This document shows positions 52,711 to 64,000 of a stretch of DNA of 64,000 bases, one piece after another. Within the stretch, counting starts at the first letter, position 1. Every line of letters starts with the position of its first letter. The DNA comes from Stegostoma tigrinum. Lineage: Eukaryota. Position numbers and translations under genes: made by a program. The notes below the pieces were generated by a model, which had not been told where the DNA came from, did no database searches, and saw only the letters and a program-made list of their open reading frames with translations. The stretch spans positions 13,602,421-13,666,420 of the forward strand of contig NC_081397.1 in the NCBI RefSeq assembly GCF_030684315.1. The letters run 5' to 3'.

Positions 52711-53183
52711 TGCTGCCATACATAGAACCGCTCCAGGCCATTTGGCCCAACAAATCCTCAGCGCCCCTCTGAAGAGCACCCTACCCAGACCTATTCCCCT
52801 ACCCTTTACTTCTCATGTCTGACCCACAGAACCCAAACATCTCTGGGCACCACGGGCAATTTAGCATAACCAATAGCATAGCTTTCACACCTTTGGACTG
52901 CGGGAGGAAGCATTCAAAATGATGCTCTAACTTTTTTTCTATATGAAAACAGTAAGGGAGGTGACATGAGCAGAACAAAACATTGGCATATAGTTCGTAA
53001 TTATGCGCCTAATCTGCAGCACGCTTCATAGAATCATCATAGAATCCCTACAATGTGGAAACAGACACTTCAGCCCAACTAAAATTCCACACCGACCCAC
53101 TGAAGAGCATCGCCTCCCAGACCCATTGCACCGCCCTTTCCCTGCAACCCTGCATTTCCCTTTGTCACACTCAACCCAGAGGA

Positions 53184-53258
53184 GCGCATGCGTGAGGCCC
53201 TCCCCCAGCGCTGCCATTGGCTCAGTGAGTGGAAGAGGTTTGTTTGAAACAGGCCGCA
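53184..53258 (+). promoter_or_regulatory. Promoter of the unidentified gene, copy E: NRF1-like GCGCATGCGT 53184, ATTGG 53216, CHR-like TTTGAA 53243
   Basis: Motifs read directly; NRF1-like and TTTGAA sites conserved in all three copies. Confidence 0.6.
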
Positions 53259-53322
53259 ATGGAGAGACCAGCGCCCAGGGAAGCGAGGGAACAGCAGGCT
53301 CCTTCCAGCAGCGCATCGAGAT
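53259..53322 (+). CDS. Putative coding exon 1 of the unidentified gene (MERPAPREAREQQAPSSSASR, phase 1)
   Basis: gcaATGG start, open 64 nt, GTGAGT donor, in frame with the exon at 54063. Confidence 0.5.
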
Positions 53323-54062
53323 GTGAGTCTGGGACACAGAGGGGGCTCCGAGACCGGCATTGGTTCGGGCTCAGTTCAGGGAGAACCGGGGGCTGTTGGT
53401 AAGAGGCGGAGCGGAGCAGGAACTGGTTCCGGAACTTGGAATGAGCGGCCTGGGGGCGGGGAGAGAGAAGCCTTTCTCGGGCTGTGTGTGGGCCTGCGGA
53501 GGGAGACACAGCGGCAAGAAGCTGCTGCTGGGGGTCAGGCTTGTAGCTTTTAGTCTTCTAAACACTGATGGAAGTTCATTGTTCGGCTTCAGTTTCGCGC
53601 TGTTTTTGGACATAGTGCCGTGAACAGTGGAAACACAGACTAGAGGCATGTTATAACCCTGAAAAGGACAGGTAATTGAGTCCCCAGGTTAAATTTCTCA
53701 CCTGAAATATTTAAAATAGCGCCCTTTGCTCTTCCTTTTCACAGGTAGTGTGTTGGGAGCCGGATATTGAACTGTGTATGTATGCATGCCTGCTCCTTCG
53801 GATAGCCTCATTTATGAAAGTGCAGTTGTTGCTCAGTTGCTGGACCTCACTCAGTTGATTTCGAATTATTTCAGGAAAACAAGTACAATGAGAATCCCCA
53901 GAAAAGGAGCAGATCTGGAGAACAGAGAACAAAGCCTCTGGTTCTGTTCAATTTGCTAGTTTTCTTCTTTTAAAAACAAACACACGTCCCAATGATTATG
54001 AACTTAATGTTATGTTGATTAGTTCAATACGGTCAGACTTTCTGTATGTTGACTTCCTCCAG

Positions 54063-54144
54063 GCAAATACTTGAAGGACCAGGATGATGTTGTATTTCCT
54101 TGGTGCAAAGCCAAGTCTGACCAGTTACTGCTAACAATCAGCAG
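54063..54144 (+). CDS. Putative coding exon 2 (C)KYLKDQDDVVFPWCKAKSDQLLLTIS
   Basis: cttcctccAG acceptor, GTATGT donor; 740-nt intron from exon 1; only phase 1 is open. Confidence 0.5.
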
Positions 54145-54457
54145 GTATGTAGCCCATTGACGTTGACACAAGTTTTGAAGATGGATAGACTGATTGGTCA
54201 TCCGAAATAGATGCTCAGGAACAGCATTAAATCTGCATTGAACAAGGGCATTTTCCAAGTTACAATCAAGACAAACAATAGATCATGCTGTAACATAGTT
54301 TCAAAGCCATACCTCAGTGAGATGTTAAGTACAGAAATGGGAAGAACCTGTGCACCAAGAGTTACTAAAGTGGATGAAACATGTTTATATGAAGTTTATC
54401 AGTGACTGAGAAGGACAGAATTAATCCTTTGATGAATAATTCTCTCCTCCTCTCTCA

Positions 54458-54459
<2 letters not shown>

Positions 54460-54532
<73 letters not shown>
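54460..54532. repeat. (CA)n microsatellite, ~36 units
   Basis: Direct reading. Confidence 0.98.
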
Positions 54533-54542
<10 letters not shown>

Positions 54543-55659
54543 AGACCTTCAGTCAGTCAATGTGGAACAACCAAATCATTTTGTGTTCACTGCAAATCAT
54601 AGAAAATGATAGACTCAAAATGATCTCCACTAACACCCTCAAGTTACAGAACTCTACAGCACAAGAGAAAGGCCCATCAGCCCGTTGCATCCGCACCATT
54701 TTTTTAAAATGGTGAACAACTTTTAAAATCCCAATCAGCCAGCATTCTATTTCCATGAATGTATGGAGGCTGAAGAGGAACTGCTATCCTCACCCTTATC
54801 ATTTCTTCACCTTACAGGAGTAAATATTTCTTTTTTTTGCTTCAGTCTGGCAAGAAACATTGTGTATCTCTTTCAATTTTTTGTTTCAATTTTTGACAAA
54901 GGGCTTGATGTTCATCTCGACCTTCCCTACAGCACAATCATGTTAGTCCTCATGGTACGGACAAATGTCAGTGTAATATTAATCCCTCAATCAGACAGAG
55001 TCCGTGAATATCTGCTGTACCTGAGATGGTTGCAGACATCATGAAGCTAGCACTGCAGCTATTCAAATGCTGATAACTGGAGAACTAATGTCAAATTGGC
55101 ACTAACAAACACTGGCAGTGAGTGGAAGAAGTTCTCAATTCCAACAATTACTGGAAACTAGTATGCAGAATGTAATGTCCCAGTGCAAGCACAGTGGGCT
55201 GAATGGTCTGCTTCCACGCTGCATCCCATCTTGATTCTGATCCTGGTGATGACGTAAATGATATTCTGTTGTCTAGAGTATTAGTTTAAAAATATAACTT
55301 AGAAATAGACAGAGAGGTGCAGAACAAAATCTTTAAGAAAGAGCACTAACAATGTCCAATACAAAAAAAATGAATCTACGGAAACCTGAAAAAACAAATC
55401 CCGTACTGAGACAGAGAATCAGCATCTGATACGATCGGTATATAAAACCCATACTCAGCACATAAACTGTAAATTGTGTTGTTGATTCAGAATGGTTCTC
55501 ATAGGAAACCAGTCCCATTTATATGACCCCTCCTAGATCCTGCCAACTGATAACGAACTCAGAAGTCTCAAAATGCCGAAGAGATTAATACCCAGTCTCA
55601 ATGCCCTATTAGCTATGTCAGAATATGTTGCATAGTCACAGAGAATATTACTGGCTGCA

Positions 55660-57335
55660 AGAGAATCAAGGCACATTGATACAAAACAGTAGAAACTGAC
55701 AGATACAGATTGATACCTACACTGACTCATTCACATTCCAGAAACACACAAAAGAAAATTGATGATGAATCACATATTCACATTCAAATAACAGGAACGG
55801 ACATGGACTGATAATTTGACTTGGCCATCCACACAGCAGAAACTGACTGGAGAGATGGGGAAATGCAGCCTCACATTTATGTTGCAGATACTGACAGCAA
55901 GAATAATGTTGTTACATACAAATTCACAGAATAAAAACTGCCTGGTACACATTGATAAATGCATTTGCCTATTCAAAGCCAGAAACTCACAGGTGGAAAT
56001 TGATGGGTAAAATCACACATTCCCAAAGCAAAATGATTGTTTGTAATAGTCTTGGTTTCAAATAACTGACGGGGACAGATTGGTAAGTTCACTCACCGAT
56101 GCACAGAGCAGAAACTGACAGGCATAGACCAATAACTACACTCATCTGCTGCTGTAGGTACTGATTGACAATGACATGTACATATTCACACAGAAGAAAC
56201 TGACAGGTATTCACTGATCACTAAATTCATATATTGACATAACAGAAACTGCAAGTGATATACTGAGAATTCCACAAACATATTCACAAAGCAGAGGCTG
56301 AAAGTGTACAGATTGATAACTACACAAACATATTCACACAGCAGTCTGAGAGGAATAGACTGATTGTTAAACTCACATAGACAGAGCAGAAACTGACAGG
56401 CAGAAATCAGCAGTGAAACTCTCATTCTTTTAGCTGAAACTGACAGGTAGGGATTAATAACTGAATCCTCACATTCACAAACCAGAAACTGACAGGTGCA
56501 GAATAATAATGACATTGACATATGCACATAGCAGAAACTGACATGGACAGAATAAAAATATCATGCCCAGGCTCATTTGGCATCATCTGAACAGTACGTT
56601 TGAATAACTAAATTAATTTTCACAGAACAGAGTTTGCCAATTATGTATTGATATCTATATTCCAAGATTGACAGAGCAGAAACTGACAGGCATAAATTGA
56701 TAACTGAAATCATATTCAAAGAGCAGAACCTGATTGGTACAGATCCAGAACTGTACTCACATATTAACATATCACTTGCTATCAGTTAGTTCCAGCTAAC
56801 ATCATTCACATATTGACAAAGAAGTAACTGACAGATAAAAATTGAGAACTATGTTTATATATTCCCAGACCTGAAACCGGCAGGTACAGAGTGGTAAATA
56901 CACTCATGCATTCACATATCAGACTGACAGGGACAAATTTTAAAACTACATTTCACAGAGCACAAGGACAAGAACAAATTGATCACAGCACTCATGCATT
57001 CACATATCAGGACCTAACAGGTAAGGATTGATAATTATACTCATGTTTTGAAGTAGCAGATGCTTACAGCTAGAGATTAATTACTGCACTCTCATATGCA
57101 CAGTACATAAACTGACAGATAACTGATAACTGCACTCAAATATTCACATGGCAGAAACTAATATAAACAGATTGATAAATAAGCTCATACTTATATCGCA
57201 GAAATAGGCAGTGACTAACTACTTCTGTGTGAATATGTAAACATATTTATCAGTCAGTCTCTGTCAGTTTCTACAATGTGGATATATCAGTTTAGTTATC
57301 AGTCTGTAGTTGTCAGTTTCTGTGATGTGAATGTG
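55660..57335. repeat. 47-49 bp tandem repeat array (orientation flips at ~57220); further block at ~62200-62790
   Basis: Repeated agcagaaactgacagg...tgataact units. Confidence 0.85.
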
Positions 57336-58445
57336 TGAGGGAAGTGCATCGGATGCCATCTGTATGGATTTTAGTAAGGTATTTGACAAAGTGCCACATG
57401 GTAGACTGGTTCAAAAAGTAAGAGCCTCTGGGATACAGGGCAGTATGTTGAATTGTGTCCAAAGATGGCTCAGTAACAGGAAACAAAATGTAGTGGTTGA
57501 TTGCTGCCTTTGTGAATAGAAAGCTGTTTCAAGTGGTGCTCAGCATGGCTCAGTGTTGGAACCCCTGCTGTTTGTTTTCTGCGTTGATGATTTGGACTTG
57601 AATGTGGTGGGCTTATTTGAGAAGTTTGCAGACAACACAAACTTGGCCATGTAGTGGGTAGTGTAGAGGATAATTGTAAGATGCAAAATGGTACAGATAG
57701 TTTAGTGGAGTTGGCAGGAAAGTGGCAGATGGAGTTCAGCTCTGATAAGTGCAAGATAATGCACTTTGGAAGCTCAAACAGTAAATGGAATTGAAAATAA
57801 TTGAGAGTATATTGAGAACGGTAGATGAAGTGAGAGATCTGGTGTGCAGGCGCACAGGTCCCTGAAGGTAGCAGTACGGGCATTTAGAATTATAAACAAG
57901 GCATGTAGAATGTTCCCCTTCATTGACAGTGGTATGGAATACAAACGTAGGGATATAACTGTGAAACTGTGTATGGAAATGGTGAGGCTGCAACTGGAGT
58001 ATTGTGTGCAGTTCTGGTCACCATATTACAGGAAGGATGTAATTGCTGTGGAGGGAATGCAGAGGAGATTTACCAGAATGTTGCCAGGGCTGGAGATTGT
58101 AGCTCCGAGGAGAGATTGCAGAGGGTGGAGTTATATTGCTTGGAATAGAGGAGGCTGAGGGGTGTCATGATTGAAGAAAACGAAACTGTGAAAAGGAGAG
58201 ACAGAGTCGACAGGAGGAACCTGTTTCCCTTGGAGAAACTGTTCAAAAATCAGAAGTCATTGATTGAAGTGAAGTGGCTGAAGGATCGGAGGATTCTTAA
58301 GGATTTTTTTTAACAGTATGAAACAGTCTGACCTCTTCCAGCCTTCCAATATTAGGAAGGAAGATGTGCCAAGAACTTTGAGGAAGGTGAAGATAGGTAA
58401 TTCCCCTGGGCCTGATGGGATTTATCCAAGGATTCTGTGGGAAGA
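57335..58445 (+). mobile_element. Decayed CR1-type LINE
   Basis: DFSKVFDKVPHGRL, QLEYCVQFWSPYY, SPGPDGIYPRIL. Confidence 0.88.
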
Positions 58446-58509
58446 GGGGGTGGGGTGGGGGCGGGATGGGGGCGGGGGAGTGGGGCAGGGGGATGCGGGG
58501 CAGGGCGGC

Positions 58510-59270
58510 GGTGATGGTGGTTCTCCCCCATTCTTTCTGAAGCCAATGGTCAGTTCTTTAGTTTTTCCAACATTGAGAGAGATGTCGCCTTCACTGCACC
58601 ATGTCATCAAGCCCTCTATCTCCCTTCTGGGTTTTGACTCCTGCTTGTTCCATATGTGTCCCACTATGATCGTGTCATCATCAAGTTTGTAGATGGTGTT
58701 CATTTGGAAATTGGCCCCACAGTGTTGCGTGTACAGTAGGGGCCTGAGGTTGCATCCTTGGCGGGTGGCCTCCAGTGTTGTGTGTTATTGTAGAGGAGAT
58801 GCAGTTGTCTGTCTTCACTGATTGCAGTCTATGGGTTAGAAATTTGAGGATCCATTTGCAGTGGGTGGAGCCGAGACCAAGGTCACAGAGTTTTGAGATC
58901 AGTCTGCACAGGATAACAGTGTTGACTACAGCTCCGCGTTCAATGAGCAGGAGTCTGATGGAGGTGGTTTTGTTGTATAGATGTTCCAGGGATGAATAAT
59001 CTCCTACAACCTCTTGAATCAGGCAGAAGATACAGAAGCCCGAACAGGTTCAGGGGCAGCTTCTTCCTGTTCATTATTAAATTGATGAATGGACTCTTTA
59101 GCCTCAAATAATGATGATCTTGCCAATGTTGATATCTCCGAGTGCGCACCCTGTGAAATGTAACCTGCATTCCTCTCTGAGTTGTTTTGTTCTGTACATC
59201 CTTGCTGACTGTGATCGGCCTGTACTGCTCGTAAACAGAGCATTTCACTGTCTCTCGCTACATTTGAATT
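58510..59270 (-). mobile_element. Rex-type LINE fragments
   Basis: IYKLDDDTIIVG...WCSEGDISLNVGKTKEL. Confidence 0.7.
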
Positions 59271-59657
59271 TATTAAAAAAAATTAACAGAGCATATACTG
59301 ACAGGTACATATTTGTAACGACACTCACGCATTCAACAAGTGGGAGCTGACAGATATAGATGGATAACGAAACTCACATATCCATATACCCACTTGCAGT
59401 ATGTAGCCCCACTCATGCAGCTGTATCAGTGTTGGTTAGCTTTTGGATCTCACTCAACCGGGTATTCGAATTTTAAGAAAAAAAAATAGACAAGGAGCAG
59501 CTCAGGCTAGGAGTAGAATCAGACCGTGGTTCTGTTCAAATAAGTAGCTCGAAACAAACAATCCTAATGAATAATTAACTGAATGTTACATTGGCAATAT
59601 CAATGTGATCAATCTCAACTGATGTTAGTTTACAGGAGGTATTCCTTCTTCCTCCAG

Positions 59658-59739
59658 GCCAATACTTGAAGGACCAGGACAATTTAGTGTTTTCTCAGTA
59701 CAAAGCCAATTGTGACCAGCATCTTACAACAACCACCAG
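59658..59739 (+). other. Intact 82-nt putative exon (QYLKDQDNLVFSQYKANCDQHLTTTT)
   Basis: ttccttcttcctccAG acceptor, GTATGT donor, open in phase 1. Confidence 0.6.
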
Positions 59740-60218
59740 GTATGTTACACTGTCAGAGCATAGAATATCCTAGCCACAGTGATAGCAGATTCAATCTCAC
59801 ACATTGAATGCAATTTCCAGAGAGATGTGTTCTAACCAAGAGTCAAACACCATTGAGGAAATACCAGTGTATATCTTTAATCTGTACTGTCACTTCCAGC
59901 CACCCAGTTCTAAACAATTTCACTTTGGAGGAATGACAGACTGAATCCTCATCCAAAATATCTACACAGGAACAGCATGAAATCTGCATTTAGTAAATGT
60001 ACTTTTCGTGTTACAGGGAAGTGAACAAATAGATGATACTGTTAGTTTGACCAACCATATGGGAAGTAGATATGGAGTACAGATATTGAAGCAAACATTT
60101 CAGTTAGCAGTAACAGGCAGACAGAATTATTATTTTAATGAATATTTGTCACAATAGTCACAAAAAGACTGACAACGAGAGAATTGTTAATATACACTCT
60201 CACTCCCTCTCTTGCACC

Positions 60219-60222
<4 letters not shown>

Positions 60223-60250
<28 letters not shown>
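60223..60250. repeat. (CT)n microsatellite
   Basis: Direct reading. Confidence 0.9.
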
Positions 60251-60256
<6 letters not shown>

Positions 60257-62784
60257 AAATATATATACCATTCCAACACACGTTCCAACATATAATAGCC
60301 ATGCAATACCGTATACATTGCAAGCAACAGAAACTGTCACATCTGGAATGATTTCGACTCACAGAACCATTGTCAGAGAGGCCTGCAGTCCTTCACATTA
60401 TTGAGTCTGCACCGAGAATTCTCATCCCATTCATTCAACATTTCATTCACATAAATGTATGATAGCAGCAGAGAAGCTGCCATCCCCACCTTTATCGCAA
60501 CATCATTCTCCTTTTCTTCACCTTTCAGGAATAGAATTTGCTTTATCTTTTTCAGCCCAGCAAGAAACCTCGAGTACCTCTTTCAAAATTAATCTCAATT
60601 TTCCAAAAAGAGCCTGACATTCCTCCTGGCCCTCCCTAGAATGTATTGCAGAGAAATACCAAGATATCTGAAAACAATTTTCACAATAAATCAGTTTAAT
60701 CAAGTGGTTACCTTTCGAAGCAGTGCACAAAATAAAAATAGACAAAATTGGTTTGCTTGGTAGGTTTGTGAAACACTCCTTTTGTTTCAAAGCAGAGTTG
60801 AACAGTGTTGATTGTTCAATAAATTGAGTTTCACACTTTAAATCTGCTGCACTGCAAGACAGAAAATAAACTTCCTTTTCCTTCCCACTTCCCTCCCATA
60901 GAACAACACAAGAGTACCAGTAATTGCTTCCACCATCACGGCACAGAGCAGGGTCATGTCCTGTCTACATCAGGGAGTAAGTTCTCCGTTTGTCTTTTCT
61001 GTCCAAGCGACACTGTGTGGTCAGGCAGCTGCAATGCAGTTGAATTGTTCACTGCCATTGGCTTTCACAGTTTACACTGATTGCTACTTTAGCATTACTC
61101 AGAAAAGCATATCACTACACACTGAAAAAGAAACGGATGTTATTCTGACAGTCAACACTTTATATCATTAATCCCCGTTCAACTCTACACTATACAAGTT
61201 ACAAAGGCCCATTGTGTTTCCAGTCTTGAATCTGAGGAACAGCACAGAGTCCCTTCTGTAGCAGTGTGTTGCCTTTCACTTGCACATGATTCCCACAGGC
61301 ACCAACAATTAAAGATCTTCGGTGGTTTCCCATTCACGACAGGAGACGGGAACTGAGATACAGACTGGCAGCACGAGGGAAAACTCACTCACACACAGCC
61401 AGTGGATGCTAAAAGGAAAAGAATGAAGTACGGCCTCTCAGTAATTTCCAGATATGAACTGACTCTCAAAATCTCTGATTACACCTGAGGATATTGGACT
61501 ATCACAGTGCCCAGTAGTGACAGATAGATTCTACTGCGCACTCAACCTCATGCACAATGTAAAAACAAACTGAGACTGAAATGCAATGCAGTTCAGTGCA
61601 ATTGAAAAGAGTTTGACAGAGTTTACTACTCCGACACAAACCACAACTGAACATACGAGAATGAGATCCATGTACTCTCCCTGAGACTGTGGGAAACATA
61701 CCAAAACTGCCACGATCGTGATGAAAAGCCAGATATCCACAGAACTAATGTCATATTGGCCTTCACAAATAGACGCTGACAATGAGTAGATGAAGTTCAC
61801 ATTCCTAACAATTACTGTGGAACTGATGCATAAAAAATTCCCAGTACAGAGACAGTGGGCTGAATGGTCTGCTCCTATGCTGTACCATATCTGTGATTCT
61901 GTTTTTGGTGAGAAACAAGCAGTTTAATCAGTGATACCACAGATCTCAGGCTGTCTGACCAAATAGGAAATATGTGACAATTTGTCAGAATGGTTCTCAG
62001 AATAAAGCAGTTCCCCTCCTGTTGTCACCCCATGTCCTGAACTTCCTCACCGCCCCCTCACCTACCACACGGACTGACACTCAACTCATAAATCACACAA
62101 TGCAGAAGAGATTCAGAGCCAGCCTCAACACCCTAACAATAACTATCACAGAGTGATTTGTACAGTCACAGAGAATAATACTGGCCTTCAGAGACTTAGC
62201 CATTTTGATACATGAGGAGAAACTGACACGTACAGTTTGATAACTACACCCACTTGTTCGTATTGCAGAAACACACAAATGATGACAACACATTGACTAC
62301 AATGTAAAGGTGTGACTGTAGTTATCAGTCTCTCTTGGTTTCTGCTAATGTCAGTCATGCATTCGCATTGCAGGAACTGTCAGGGAGAGATGAATAACTT
62401 CACCCTCATTCTCAAAGCTAAAACGGACATACACAATGATAACTACACTCCCAGTTTCACAGAGCACAAACTGACAAGTATAGTCTGTTAACTAGACTCT
62501 CCTATTTACAGAGCAGAATCTCACAGGTACATGTTGGCAACAGCACCCACACATTCACCAAGCAGGAACTGACAGGTGTACTTCGATAAGTACATTTACA
62601 CACTGACAAGGCAGAAATGGAGAGGCATAGGCTGGGAACTCATATTCACACAACAGAAACTGACAGATACAGATTAATGTTGTCACTCTCAATTCTCAGA
62701 GCAGAAACTAAGAGATACAGGCTGGTAAATACAGTCATACATTTACATATGAGAAACGGACAGGTATATGTAGATAAATATATT

Positions 62785-63650
62785 GATTGTAGAAATGATT
62801 TGCAGTTGGGTATTGAGGATAAAATCTCTAAATGCGCAGGTGATACTAAGCCAGGGAGAAGAGTGAATTGTGCGGATGATACTGAGTGACTTCACAGGGA
62901 CATTGACAAGTTGGCCAAATGGGCAGAGACCTGGCAGATAAATTTCAATGCAGAAAAATATGAGCTCGTGCATTTTGCGAATAAAGACACATAGAAACAA
63001 TACAAGCTTAAGGGTACAGCTTTGAGCGGAGTATTGGAGCAGAGAGATCTTGGGGTTCATATGCATTAATCTTTGAAGGTGGCCAGGCAAGTTGAAACAG
63101 TTGTGAAGCAGGTTCAAAGGATCTTTGAATTTAAAGATAGAGGCATTGAGTCTCAAAGGAAGGACGTAATGCTACACCTCTACAAATCATTGCTAAGACC
63201 ACATTGCTCAGACTAGATTTGTGTTCAGTTCTGGACACCTTATTTAAGGAAGAAGCCTCCGGGGAGGGTTCAAAGAAGATTACTAGAATGATAGCAGGAT
63301 TTTACTGACAAGGAAAGATTAATGATATCAGGCTTATTCCCCTTGGAGCAGAGAAGATTAAAAGGAAACCTTATGGAGGTGTTCACAATTGTGAAGAATT
63401 TTGAGAGAGTGAAGTTCAATACTCTATTTCCACTATGTCAGTAACCAGGGGTCACAATTTCAATATTGTCACCAAGACAGCGAGGAGTGAGATGAGGAGA
63501 AACATCTTTACTCGGAGCATTGTTAGGATTTGGAATGCACTGCCTGGGAGAGTGGTGGAGGTGGATTCCATGTGAGGTATGAAAAGAGAGCTGGATATAT
63601 ATTTGAAAAGTATGAAGTTTAGAGGGTAATGTAGATGGGGCTGGAGAACA
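62785..63650 (+). mobile_element. Decayed CR1-type LINE 3' fragment
   Basis: ISKCAGDTK (FADDTK-like), gagagatcttggggtt, tggaatgcactgcc remnants. Confidence 0.8.
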
Positions 63651-64000
63651 ATCCTGCCTAGAATTATTTCCAGCTCACCACAGTTTAAAAAATAAATGCA
63701 GAGTAGATTCAGTTCTTTATGTCATCTGTCCTGACCCACTAACTGGGAGATTAAATAGTTATTCAAGTTCGGAATGGACAGCACAAAATGTCAAACCCCT
63801 GCGATCATGGATCAGATCATGTTACAGCAGATGAAATTGGCCCACTCAGAGTTATGTGAGAGACAGTTATTCCGATCGCTTCTCAAGGCAAATTCATGTT
63901 TGGAGTTGATGTCCGGCTGAGTGAATGGGAACAAAGCTTAGCCATTTATCAGCTGCAGAAACCTGACGCTCCTCTGTCCTCTCTTCCTTCTCCCCCTTAT

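Noticed and set aside
54063-54144. Faint resemblance of the exon peptide to the ORC2 C-terminus or an NPAT-like N-terminus
   Set aside because: Only scattered identities from memory, requiring gaps; cannot be supported without a search

Overview
Vertebrate genomic DNA, most likely a cartilaginous fish (shark-type CR1/Rex/Penelope repeats; an inference). The window is a dispersed replication-dependent histone cluster with eight intact intronless genes, each with a 3' stem-loop: H1(+) 2892, H3(+) 4819, H2A(-) 11182, H1(-) 24631, H2B(+) 42556, H2A(+) 44818, H3(-) 46426, H4(-) 47831. There is also a 3' H1 remnant at ~49.4 kb. Between the histones lie decayed CR1 and Rex-type LINEs and many Penelope-like elements (PLEs) carrying minimal hammerhead-ribozyme motifs, several with target-site duplications and visible empty sites. 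The least explained structure is an unidentified multi-copy spliced unit. It has three copies of an NRF1/CHR promoter plus a 64-nt ATG exon (MERPAPREAREQQAPSSSASR). Each is followed by 2-3 variants of an 82-nt exon (e.g. KYLKDQDDVVFPWCKAKSDQLLLTIS) whose phase matches exon 1. The variants are mostly separated by a strand-co-oriented, diverged 47-49 bp tandem repeat. All calls were made by eye; repeat boundaries are approximate and no database searches were run.
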